A stretch of 64,000 nucleotides of DNA, from NCBI GenBank assembly GCA_047967505.1, contig CM106538.1; one strand, written 5' to 3'. The first letter of the stretch is position 1, and every line of letters begins with the position of its first letter. Shown here in pieces: positions 1 to 10,400 of the stretch. This stretch comes from Dipteris shenzhenensis. Taxonomy: Eukaryota. The translations under genes were made by a program, and so were the position numbers. Below the pieces are notes generated by a model. The model was not told where the DNA came from. It did no database searches and was given only the letters and a program-made list of their open reading frames with translations.

Positions 1-780
1 TGAGAGGGCTCAGAGCAGAGGGTCAGGCCTGTTTCAGGCGAGACCATGGGACTATGGATCACATACTCACACTCAGGAGTGTCACTGAGGAGGCCAGATC
101 ACGGAAGGAGAGGGTATATTGTTGCTTTGTGGATTTCTGCAAAGCCTTTCACACAGTACCTCGAGCTCGTCTCATCACACGCCTACAGACACTGGGATTT
201 GATCAAGAGATCATCTGGGTAGTCATGGCACTGTATGAGAGAGTCTCAGGCCGAGTTCGGACAGGCGCAAGTTGGACAGATGAGATCATGAGTACCATAG
301 GGGTCAAACAGGGTTGTCCCTTATCACCGACCCTATTTGGCCTCTACATCGATGAGCTTGAGACTTTCATGGGGGCGTTCGGAGGGACCGGTTGCTCACT
401 TGCCGGGATCATCATCAGGATTCTTCTTTATGCAGATGATGTGGCACTCTTGTCGTCCACACCTAAGGGGCTCATCAGACACCTCTCAGAGCAGGATCAC
501 AGAGTTCTTCCCATCGAGTGACATTGATCGTCCAGTCTCTAGCTGCAGACGTGACAGAGACCCCGACCCGACGACCGCAGCACGACACACAAGACATCGA
601 GGGGAGACACAGATCACTCTGGGGGACCTCCCGTCATTGTTTAGACCCGGGATACGTCCCATGGTAGTCACGGTGGCTCTGGTCTTGTGTCGAGCCTCGT
701 CCAAGAGGCCGAGACGCACGGCACACCTTGACGGGCGCCAACGTCCCATCACCGGCTATGCACCAGCCAGGGCGACATGA
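1..780 (+). mobile_element. RTE-X-like non-LTR retrotransposon fragment: RT core joined by an internal deletion (~480) to the ORF2 C-terminal tail
   Basis: ORF 54..521 has FVDFxKAF, GVKQGCPLSPTLFGLYIDEL and LLYADD. From ~480 another frame (SQSRITEFF...QITLGDLPSLF...GRQRPIT) matches the tail at 47257..47571. Clade assignment is inference. Confidence 0.8.
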
Positions 781-2754
781 CATACGGAGGATTCCACTCT
801 GCTCCAATGAAAGCAAATTCTTCTTTATACCTGGTACATAAAGAACATCTGAAATTTTAAAATCCGTGCCATCAGTGGATGTGAGGATGATGTCCCCCAC
901 TCCACACACTGAATAAGAAGAATTATTTGCACAAGTCACCTTCTTTTTAGTAGGTGGAGGATGCAGAGATGCAAAAAGGCTCTTCTTAGAAGTGATGTGC
1001 TTAGAAGCACCACTATCAAAATACCAAGTATTCAGTGTCTCATTGACATTGAGAGAACATGCACCCTTTAAAGGATCATAACTCCAAGTCAAGAAAGCAT
1101 ATGGATCAGCCTCAATAGTGGCTATAGTATCTGAACTATCCACTGAAAAATCTACAATGCAAGACAAAAAGGCAGAGTGCTCTTCCACATAGTTGGCTGT
1201 AACATCTCCCCCATCATGTGCATTAGGAGCTGATGCATCTGACACAGCCATACCACAATCCCTTTTATTTTCTTTAGCTATGCGCTTCTTGCACTCACCA
1301 ATATAACGACCTAGCTTCTTGCAGTAGTGACAAATGCCCTTCTCTTTAGGCTTATCTGCATCACCCTTAGCCTTACAAGAAGGTTGTCCTGAATCAGCTT
1401 TATGCTGATGTGCGGGCTGATTGGCATGTTGCTTTTACTGCCCTTTTTCCTTGGGCTTAAACTTAGAAAGCATGGCATGCTGGCCGGCCCGTGTTGCCAT
1501 ATTTCTTCAAGTCTGCTCTTCCTGCAACAAAAGTCCTACCAACTCATGAAGAGAGGACTGCTGCCCCCCCTCAATGACAAATTCAGCGAGGTGTGGAAAC
1601 CAAGATAAGACTCAGGAAGAGAATTCAGAGTGGTGGTTATCATCTCTAAATCCGGAATAACTTCATCAATATTCAGCAATTGCTCCCTCAAATCCTATAG
1701 CTTTGTGAGGTGAGCATTCATGGAATCTCCCTCATCCATATGAGTATGAGATAGCTCTCTCTTCAGGAAGGAAACTCTGGCATCATTTCTTGCTGCAAAC
1801 ATACTCTCTAAAATCTCCCAAGCTGCCTATGAGGCCTTGCATGACCGAATGTGAGGAATAATGAACCTCCTGACAGAAAGAGAAATCAGAGATAGAGCTT
1901 GTGCATCCCTAGAATCCCATCTCTTCTGCTCTGTTGTGGGAGCCACTGGAGCAGCGGCTGCTCCAATTACTTGTGCTGCATTTTGACCTCTACTCATGCC
2001 TCCAGCTGTAGGAGTAACAGGTGTAGTCACAGAATCTCGCCTTGCTTCATCTCCATTGACATAATCCCAAAGATGTCTGCCAACCAAGATGTTGCGAACC
2101 ATAAAGCTCCACAAGGAGTAGTTGGTGCCATCCAACTTATCCTCCTATGTGAGGACTCTAAACACCTTATTGGGGTTATTCTGAGCCATTTTTGCCAAAT
2201 AAACACAAAAAACACAGCAAACTAGACAAGTAAAATCCCTTCCTGGGATGTAAAATGCACAATCAGAGTCTGCCAAAGAGAATCTGCCCACAGTGATAAT
2301 TACTGTCACAGCCTATCAAATGCTTGAAATGCACCTCAATGCTCTGCAAATGCCCAAAAATCTGCAAAGAAAATCTGCAAAAAGTGGCAAAAGTCTGCAA
2401 AATGACTCATACTGAGTCCAAAACTGGTCTTTCAACTACCAAATTGCATCTGAATGCCAAAAGCCCCAATTTCTTCAGGGAAATTGCATCCAAAAGAGGG
2501 AAAATTAACTGAAAGCCCCAAAAATACCTGAAATTGCAGTTCAAAACCAAAAGCCCCAAATTTTGGGGTGAAATTGAGCTGAAATTGGGGCAAATACACT
2601 AGAAGCCCCAAATGTCACTCAAATTTCAAGTCTCCTGCAAAAGCCCCAAATTTCCACCTGCTACAAAGAAATGCCTACTACAGCCAAACAATGGCTCAGT
2701 GCACAAATGCCTGTGATGCATGCAAATGGACCCTGCAACAAGAGGAACTAACAC

Positions 2755-3145
2755 CTGCAACTTGTACGGAGCTATTAGTACGGATTCCGTACATAGTACG
2801 GATTCCGTACAAGGTACGGACTGTGTACGGCCAACTTGTACGGATGGCACACATATGTACGGAGGAGCGTTGCACTGTACGGATGCCCACACTACCAGCT
2901 ATAAAGAGTACGGACAACCAGCTATACGGAGTACGGACAACTAGCGCAGCCTGGTATGGAATGGCGGTGTGCAGTACGCACGACTGCGTACAAAATACAA
3001 GACTGGTTGTACGACGTTGATGCAGCAAGAGTACGGTTTGCACGTGCAGTGCTAACAGGTACAGATGGCGGCGGCAGAAACATACGGCAGTACGGGTAGT
3101 AGCTGGTACGGAATCCGTATAGTCGTACGGACTGTACGGAATGGA
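2755..3145. repeat. Dense GTAC/GTACGG motif array in the Copia 1 leader
   Basis: About 20 GTAC cores, mostly as GTACGG(A), counted by eye. Confidence 0.85.
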
Positions 3146-3208
3146 CTGGAGCTGAACTTGAAGATGGAGCTTGCGGGCTAGAAGCAGGAGGTCAGGCAGG
3201 GTGAACCT

Positions 3209-3220
3209 GCTCTGATACCA
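3209..3220 (-). promoter_or_regulatory. Primer binding site (tRNA-iMet) of Copia 1
   Basis: TGGTATCAGAGC on the minus strand, 2 nt from the LTR end. Confidence 0.93.
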
Positions 3221-3222
3221 AA

Positions 3223-3702
3223 TGTGAACAAAATGGAGAGCAAGAGTGAGAATGAGCAAACGTAAGTGTACTGAATAGAATAGTGGAATGAAGTACAAAG
3301 AAAGAGTGAGGGGTTTTGTCTAAGTGACAAAACCCTATCCTATCCAATCCTATCCAAGAGACTTGGAGACGCTAGCACACTGCTTGAGGAGCTACCCCTT
3401 GGCCCTTCCCCCCCTTGACTTAGCAGCAGGGAATTCAAGCAAAAGCGGAATGGCTGGAATGCAAGGAGCAGCAAGACGGAGCCTGTATAAGCATGGGGAA
3501 AAGCCCTCTAAGCCTCGGGGTTGGGGTTCCCAAGGTGGAAGAAGATTGACGTGGACTAGCCAGGTGGCGACAAAAAGCACATGTGCGTGGACACATCTTG
3601 GAGTGATGGGACAATTGTTTTGACTCCTCAGGACAAGTCGCGCAAGAGGGCCCAAAAGTGGAGCATGCAATCCAAGTATCCCACATGAATTTCCACATAA
3701 CA
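3223..3702 (-). repeat. 5' LTR of Copia 1 (TG...CA, ~480 bp)
   Basis: Adjacent to the PBS and shares GGTTTTGTCACwTAGACAAAAC with the Copia 2 LTR. The far boundary (TGTTATGTGG) is inferred. Confidence 0.75.
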
Positions 3703-4968
3703 AATAAACTCTACCAACCTCGTATATGCATGCCACGCCTTTAGTAGGCCGATTATTTGCAAGGGAAGTTGCATGGCTGCTATGTGGCAGTGCTCCCACA
3801 TCAGGATCCATGTGGCAATTTTGCCCCTTCAAGATCTTGAATTGCTCTTGATACAACTGGTGATTTCTAGGGTCAAACTTACTACAATTTTGAATCCAGT
3901 TTTCACCGAGGTGACAGCATTTCTATGCCAAATTAAATCCCTAGTCTTCTCTTGTATCTTCAATCCTCTATCATGCCATAGGCCCATGTGCAAGGCATTG
4001 TAGACATTCGCCAAAGTAGTTGTAGGGTCGGTCTACAGGCTATGCATTTGATTTGTCCCATTTGCAAAAAATCAGATGGGGTGTGGTTTCTTCCTCCAAT
4101 TGGGCATTAGTCTACAAGACATATCACCGCATCATGAGGTCCACTTTGAAATGCTAGACCCTAACAACTAGTACCTGTCTCAAAAGCAAGGAAAAACACT
4201 ATACGTATATATATTGCAATCAAATCTAGATCTAAAACTTGAAAATGAAGTTAAGAAATAAAGAATACTTTACCAAGTAAATGGGTGCATGTTGACAAGA
4301 TGTGACACGCATCCTTAATAATCGCACTTCATAGCGAACCATCATGATCGATTTCATGGATGTGCAATTGCTATCCACGAGTACCCATTGATTTCTATGA
4401 TTCCCTACTTTAAAGATTTTTGTCAAACTATGAAGGGGAAAGACACTTCCCACTACTCAATGTTACCCTATGCCCTTCCCACCCCCAACTACCAATGGCT
4501 CCCAAACTCCACCCTAGGGCCCAATCATGACCCCTTAGTAAGAAGGCTATGACTAGGAAAGAAACCTAGGAGCAATGGGCATGGGCATAGCCATGGTTAG
4601 AGGTTGGCATAGCAGGGCTAAGGCATTAAGAAGGCTTTAGTGGGCTTGCCTTACCTTAGGAAGCATGTACCCTTTAATAGTGAGGGATGTTATCCATGGT
4701 ATGGGATGTTCTTATTATGCACACAATCTTAAGTTGAAAATGTACATAGCAATAACTTGGTCTCTTTTTCAGCCAGATAGCTTTTGTTTTTTTGTCTAGC
4801 AAATGAAAATTTTTATTTATAGAAGCATCTTGAATTAGAAATTTCCAAACGATTTCACTTAGAAGAAGTACAAGAGAATTGTGAGTCTCATATAAAGATC
4901 TTTACGCAACATGGCATTTCCATCAGCTTTTGCAACACACATTTTGAGAGCATGGTATGGAAATTTAC

Positions 4969-5053
4969 ATAGGGGGAATGCGACCAAAAGACAATGAGCC
5001 TCTTAGGCTCTCCTTTGCCAAGGCAGCAGCAACCTCAATGGGATTCTGCAACC
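4969..5053 (-). CDS. TASP1: Threonine aspartase (Taspase1) internal exon C, 85 bp, (G)LQNPIEVAAALAKESLRGSLSFGRIPP(M/I)
   Basis: ttacag| acceptor and |gtaaat donor. The phase-1 start completes the Gly codon of exon B. NPIxVAxxL...GRIPPM is the Taspase1 segment that follows GAVGAxxG. Confidence 0.9.
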
Positions 5054-6049
5054 CTGTAATTATACATCACAAGCTAAAATCAACGTCTTCCTTGCAAACA
5101 TGAAATATAACCATATAAGACATGCACAATCAAGTTTCGTATATATTTAACTCTAGTCTCATTACGACTTTCCTAGGCATATCCCATAATATTAAGGCCC
5201 TCCTTGACCTACTATGAAACAAATATAGTACAATGCATGAAATTCTAGAGGGAGAGTCTCTGCGCTTCTCCCATTTGCTAAAGAAAAAAAACAATAGAGT
5301 TCGAGGTAGCTCTCTATTCATGTGTGGTGCAATGAGGCTCATGTAGATTGAGGTGTGTGCTCTTCAACTTATATAATGAAGATAGATATATCCAACCATG
5401 CTACCTTTGGATCCATCTGCTATGTATGTTGAGGATAAAGCGTTGAGCCACCAAACTAAGTGAGGAAGATGTGGCCTCTCAGGTCTCTATGTCTCCAGAG
5501 CATGTCTATGATTTGTTGCTGTTACCTTGTGTTTTTAGCTCATGCATGGGCTCTAGCTGACACTTATTCCCTAAATGCATCAAAGCAAACCCGCAAGGAT
5601 GGAGAACTCGGCCATTTGTAGATGAATGAAGCGGTACGTACACGTGTACTAGCCAATCTAGGTTGCATGTCCATGGGAGTTGCTCAAAGGTCAAAAACCC
5701 TGTGCTATCCCCATCATCGGCTCCCTTTTTCCCCTCCTTGTTGTCCTAGTATCCGGTAATTGGCCATGTGATACTGCATGCCTCAATTGATGAAATTGTG
5801 TTCCATAATTGCAAATTATGAGTATGAAGTGGATCAATGTATATTGTGTGATCTTCTCTAAATCTTCTAGACTAGATGCATGGAAAGCACAAGCGCTTGC
5901 AGAAATTAAATTTGTGGTATCTTTCCATTTAGGTTGCCGCATGACTTGCCACTAGTTAGGTCGGTAGATCATCGGATAAAATTAGTTCCAAAAGCTTGAA
6001 CTATAAACATCACACCTTATGGGATGAGTCAAATAAAAGAAGATGAAAC

Positions 6050-6730
6050 ATCTCGACAACTGTTGGAATGCCTCCGAATGGGGCAGGAATACCTCAGGTG
6101 CACACGTGCTATTAAAGAGCAAGAAGGACAGAAGTTGGAAGATGTGCGTCAATTACAATGATTGATAGGCTGCAAGGGGCTACCTATTTTATGAAGATTG
6201 ACATTTGTACTAGTATGCATAGCAGAGGAAGACATCTATGAGATGGGATCCAAACTAGAAATGGCCATTATGAGTTCCTTGTACTCCCTTTTGGACTCAC
6301 GAAACATTTCAGCGGTATATTTTGAGATTATCTGGGAAAAATTGTGGTCATATTGTTAGACGATATTATGGTATACAATCATACCCTCAACAACCATGTT
6401 GGGCATTGTATTAGAGATACTATGGCATGAGAACTTTATGCAAAGGAGCCTTCGAGTAAGTTCTTTCAAAAAGAACTCCTTTACGTTGCACACAAGATTC
6501 CTGAGATGGTATTGAGCATTGATCGTGAGAGGATCTAGAAGGTTTTCGACCAATAAGGCAACTTGGAGCATTCTATATTTCACTCTCTTTCTTAAGCCAG
6601 TGAGGGATTATTTGAAGCTAATTATTCCTTTGTCAAGCCTTCTTAAAGGATGTGGACTTCGTTTCAACAATCCTATCCCTGGAATGAAAAGCTTGATGAG
6701 GCATTCCAAACTCTATAGCTTGAGGTAAAT
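6050..6730 (+). pseudogene. Highly degraded Ty3/Gypsy RT relic
   Basis: Remnants LLKSKKDRSWKMCVNY (~6105-6155) and HYEFLVLPFGLT (~6266-6300). Confidence 0.75.
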
Positions 6731-7394
6731 TTATCACCTGTATAAGCTTTACCATCCTGAGTCCTAGTGGAAAGTTCATCTGGTCCAAAAGTACAAGGCC
6801 TCGCTTCCCGATTCTGCTATCTGGCACTACGACGTTCTCCATTGTGTCTCAACCCCTCCTCTCTTCTTGGCCCTCTCTCAGCACCCTCCTCTCATCCTAT
6901 CTACAAAGTTTGAGCTGTGAAAAGTGTTTTTTTCATATTCTGATATACTTTCATAAGATTTGACGATATAGCATTCCCACATTCCCCCAACCCTCTAAGA
7001 AGATATCCCATTCCTACATCGAATGTTCTCGAAATGTTCCTATTCCCTAGTAACTATGCTCCCTACAACCCCTCCCTACCCCTCTCTGCGCCCCTACCTC
7101 TTCCCGTCCCCCTTCCCCCACAGCTAGCCCCCACCCCCCTCAAGCCCCTATCACTTCACTCAAAAGCCACCCCATTTTCCATACGACCCCTCAAGCCCCC
7201 CTTCACTCAAAATTCACCCCAACTCCTTGTTGTCATACCCTCCCCTAGGCCCCTCAAATTCACTCTACTTGTCCCCCCCCCCCTACTTTTTATTTGCAGT
7301 TGTACCCCTCAGGCCTCTCGAATTCACTCCCACTATAACAAAGAGGTCAGTTAGCAGTCTTTTTAGTGGCTTTGTACTTTGTACTTTGTATCTA

Positions 7395-7654
7395 GGGCTG
7401 CCAGTATGCTGCCATGTGGCAGTCTAGGGAGTTATCCCATAAGCAACGTTGTATAACAATCTGTCCTAATTTCTACAAAAGGCATGGCTGCTCAGTTGTA
7501 CTCGGCTTATGATTTGCACATTGTTATAATGCCAAAATCGGATTCTACAGCCATAGCTCCAAGCTGAATTCTAAGATGGATCTGACTCTACCTGTCCTTG
7601 TGCAGCCCCACAAGCATCGGTTGTAAGTCCAGCCCCCGACTTACTTTCTAAAAT

Positions 7655-7655
<1 letters not shown>
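7395..7655 (+). repeat. Diverged LTR fragment related to the Gypsy C LTR
   Basis: Shares gcca(t/c)gtggca...atcccataagcaa and ctgtccttgtgcagccc...gtccagccc with 39680-40034. Confidence 0.65.

Positions 7656-7658
<3 letters not shown>

Positions 7659-7709
<51 letters not shown>
7659..7709. repeat. (TC)n microsatellite, ~25 units
   Basis: Directly visible. Confidence 0.98.
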
Positions 7710-7716
<7 letters not shown>

Positions 7717-8300
7717 TCCTCCGCTCCTACTCCTCTTCCTGCTCTGCTGCTCATCTGCTCGCTGCAGCTCCGCCCTCTCCCCGCTCTCTCTGCTCCGCTC
7801 TCTGCATCTCCCCCGCCCGCTGCAGCTCCGCCCTCTCCCCGCTCTCTCTGCTCTGACCTCTCCCCACTCTGCTGCTCCTCCGCTCCTGCTCCTCTCCCCA
7901 CTCTGCTGCTCCGCCCGCCCGCTCATGCTCCTCTCCCTGCTCTACTGCCCCGCCCGCGTACTGCTTCACCCCCGACCTGCTCTCCTCACAGCTCCACCGC
8001 GCTCTGCAGCTCCCCCGCCTGCTGCAGCTCCTCCTTCACCCACTGCAGCTTCGCCCTGGCAGCTCCTCCGCATGGTTGCCTCTCCGCCCTCGCAGCCCCT
8101 CCACTCTACTGCTACCCCGCCCGCATGCTCCAGCCCCGCTCTACCTCCGCCATAGCCCCGCTGCCCCCGCCACAACCTCTGCCATAGCCCTGCTGCCCTG
8201 CCTTTTCCTCCGCCTGCTGCTCCTCCCTGTCGCTTGACCCCCCCGCCAACCTCTAGCCTCTAACCTACCCCCCTCCCAAGCCCCTCCCCTAGCCTCTTGC
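7710..8300. repeat. C-rich low-complexity tract with internal short repeats
   Basis: Repeated gctgcagctccgccctctccccgctctctctg units and strong C skew. Confidence 0.8.
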
Positions 8301-8329
8301 CTCATCATACGATTAGATCTCCTCCAACT

Positions 8330-9180
8330 CCATACATCTTGGACTTGGGAGGGGGACCAAGAGTACCCCACCAAGATCCAGTTCTATCACAACCACTTTT
8401 TTAGCGTATCGGAGGATGGAACCCCAGTATCTCGAGGACAGAGGAGTCTCACATGCACTGAGAATTGCCATTGGACAGATGTGGGTCTCATCCCATCAGC
8501 TGAGGATTGAGGCAAGGAGAGCTGTAGGTATACCTAGAGAGAGGAGGATCTACAGACTATGCACGTTGGGGGAGGTTGAGACAAAGGATCATTTTCTATG
8601 TGTCTGCCCAGCCTACTATGAGATCCAAGGACGATACCATTGCCTCTTTCAGAAGGGTTACGGCTTTGGTCCGCTCTCATGATTGATCCAGTTCCATGAC
8701 CAAGTCTACATTGGGCTTTATCCGATTGAGATGCAACAACACAGAGAGACACTATTGCAACAAATCCGAGAGCAATAGAAGGTGACCGCGCCATTAGATA
8801 CTAAGGTAGACCGAGCACAGCAACATGTCATAAACTTCTATACATTTGAGTTAGCTCCAGGACAGTGGGGTGGTGGAGGAGGAGCTAGCTAATATGAGGG
8901 CAGCATGGATCAGCAAAGAGAGCCAACGCGACATTGCCGCACGAGGGATGCAAAGAGCACACATGACACGGAGAGTGAGCAGAGCACACAAGATCAAGGC
9001 CCAGCCTATCTCAACTCTTCTCAAAGGACACTGCCAGAGAGCATCCATCACTCTTGAGATAACCCATTGGATCCAGAGATCGAGGAGGACGCACACAGAT
9101 GCAAATCCGAGGTATCTTCGCAACCCATCGAAGAGCCACCACAGTGCTAGGTTTCGGCTTTTGAGTCTCAGCTTTTAGTT
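8330..9180 (+). mobile_element. RTE-X-like LINE 3' fragment (post-RT CCHC finger and tail), degraded
   Basis: ORF 8416..8682 reads SSHQLRIEARR...RERRIYRLCTLGEVETKDHFLCVCPAYYEI, homologous to 46900-47250. Confidence 0.8.
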
Positions 9181-9699
9181 TGCATTTGTGGAATACAAGG
9201 TCACTGACACATGCTTCTCACCAATATAGATGCTTAGACAAGACTCCCCGAGACATGGAATGGTGCAACTTCTCATCTAATGGGACACAAATATATTAGG
9301 AAAAGATAATTGCTGGAGATAAGCTTCCATAGCTGAAATGATGGATTCTTGATAGCAATAAATTCCAAGTATTCGAGGTGTGTACTCATTTAGAGTATGT
9401 CTCAACAACACAATTGTGCTCTCACACTTGCTCAATCTCTCTATCCCTTCTTCAAAGATTCCCTTTACAACACTGACTTGTTGTTTTATGTGATGAAGAA
9501 GGAAATCAAGGTGAATTCTAAAGCTACTATGCTACATCTTTATCAAACCACTATTGGCAAAAATGATTTTTTAGTTCCTATTTTTGGGTAGCCCTTCCTT
9601 CCCACAGTTGGAAGTCCTGCCGCTGAATGCAATGCCTTTTCCTGAATGCAATGCCTTTTCCTCATTGTGAGTTGAATGTTGTTTCCTCATCCTCATATC

Positions 9700-10115
9700 T
9701 ATCGCATGTTGCTTTACTGTGGATCAAATATAAGGATATCATCTAGAAAGATGAATAAGCACACTCCTATATACGAGCAAATGCCCTAGACATCATTTTG
9801 TCAAACGTTGGCGGTGCATTCTTGAGTCCAATGGCATAACCACGATCTCATAATGAGCTCGCTCTGTCCTGAACGTTGTTTTGGAATATCAGCGTCGAAA
9901 ATGTGGACCTGATGGTAGCCACTTTTCATATCTATTTTGAAAAAAAATCTTGGCACTGTTAAGTCTCTTTAAAGTATACTCAATTCAGGACATCAGAAAC
10001 TTATTGCTAACTATGAGTTGTTGACTACCCTATAGTCAACACACAAACGTGTCGACTTATCCTTTTTCTGTACGAAAAGTAAGGGAGTGATGTTTGGTGA
10101 AGACGATGGTCAGAT
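9700..10115 (-). pseudogene. Degraded Ty3/Gypsy RT relic
   Basis: Minus strand, across frameshifts: PSSSPNITPLLFVQKKDKSTRLCVDYR, DMKSGYHQV, HYEIVVMP, GLKNAPPTF, FIFLDDILIF. Confidence 0.85.
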
Positions 10116-10159
10116 AAAGCCTGCCCATACACACAATTTCATACTTTCTGTCAGCCCAC

Positions 10160-10400
10160 TTCGCCCGTACACTTCCTGCATCGTACATCCGTACAATCCC
10201 TGCATTGTACATCCGCACTGCTACTGCACCATACGACTGGACGTCCATACAGCCCATCGCCAGCCGCCATACTGCTTCGTTGATCTGCCGTACATGCGTC
10301 CGTACAACACTGTACATCTATTTATACAGCACTCGTATTGCTCCGTCAGCCCGTCCGTACACGTACATGCACGTCAGTCCGTACATTATACGGATTCTGT
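10160..10400. repeat. CCGTAC/GTAC motif array in the Copia 2 leader
   Basis: Repeated ccgtac/cgtac, the element-sense equivalent of the array at 2755-3145. Confidence 0.75.

Larger units (their letters stand above)
806..3702 (-). mobile_element. Ty1/Copia element 1, 3'-truncated (5' LTR, PBS, leader, gag, protease)
   Basis: gag starts at 2189 (MAQNNPN...KLDGTNYSLWSFMVRN), with a CCHC-like knuckle near 1320 and protease WYFDSGASKH...VLYVPGIKKNLLS. Stops and frameshifts are present, and it breaks off at ~806. Confidence 0.92.

Noticed and set aside
634-805. C-terminal part of the 205-aa ORF as a novel protease fusion
   Set aside because: Chance read-through from the truncated Copia into the antisense LINE tail.
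4100-4177. Candidate next TASP1 exon after ttgagacag
   Set aside because: The required phase gives an immediate stop (ATG TAC TAG).
7641-8374. E/R/G/A-rich and P-rich ORFs
   Set aside because: Translations of the microsatellite and C-rich tract, with no domain signal.
9780-9940. DMKSGYHQ...GLKNAP as an endogenous caulimovirus
   Set aside because: The upstream FVQKKDKSTRLCVDYR is Gypsy-like, and no movement or coat protein is nearby.
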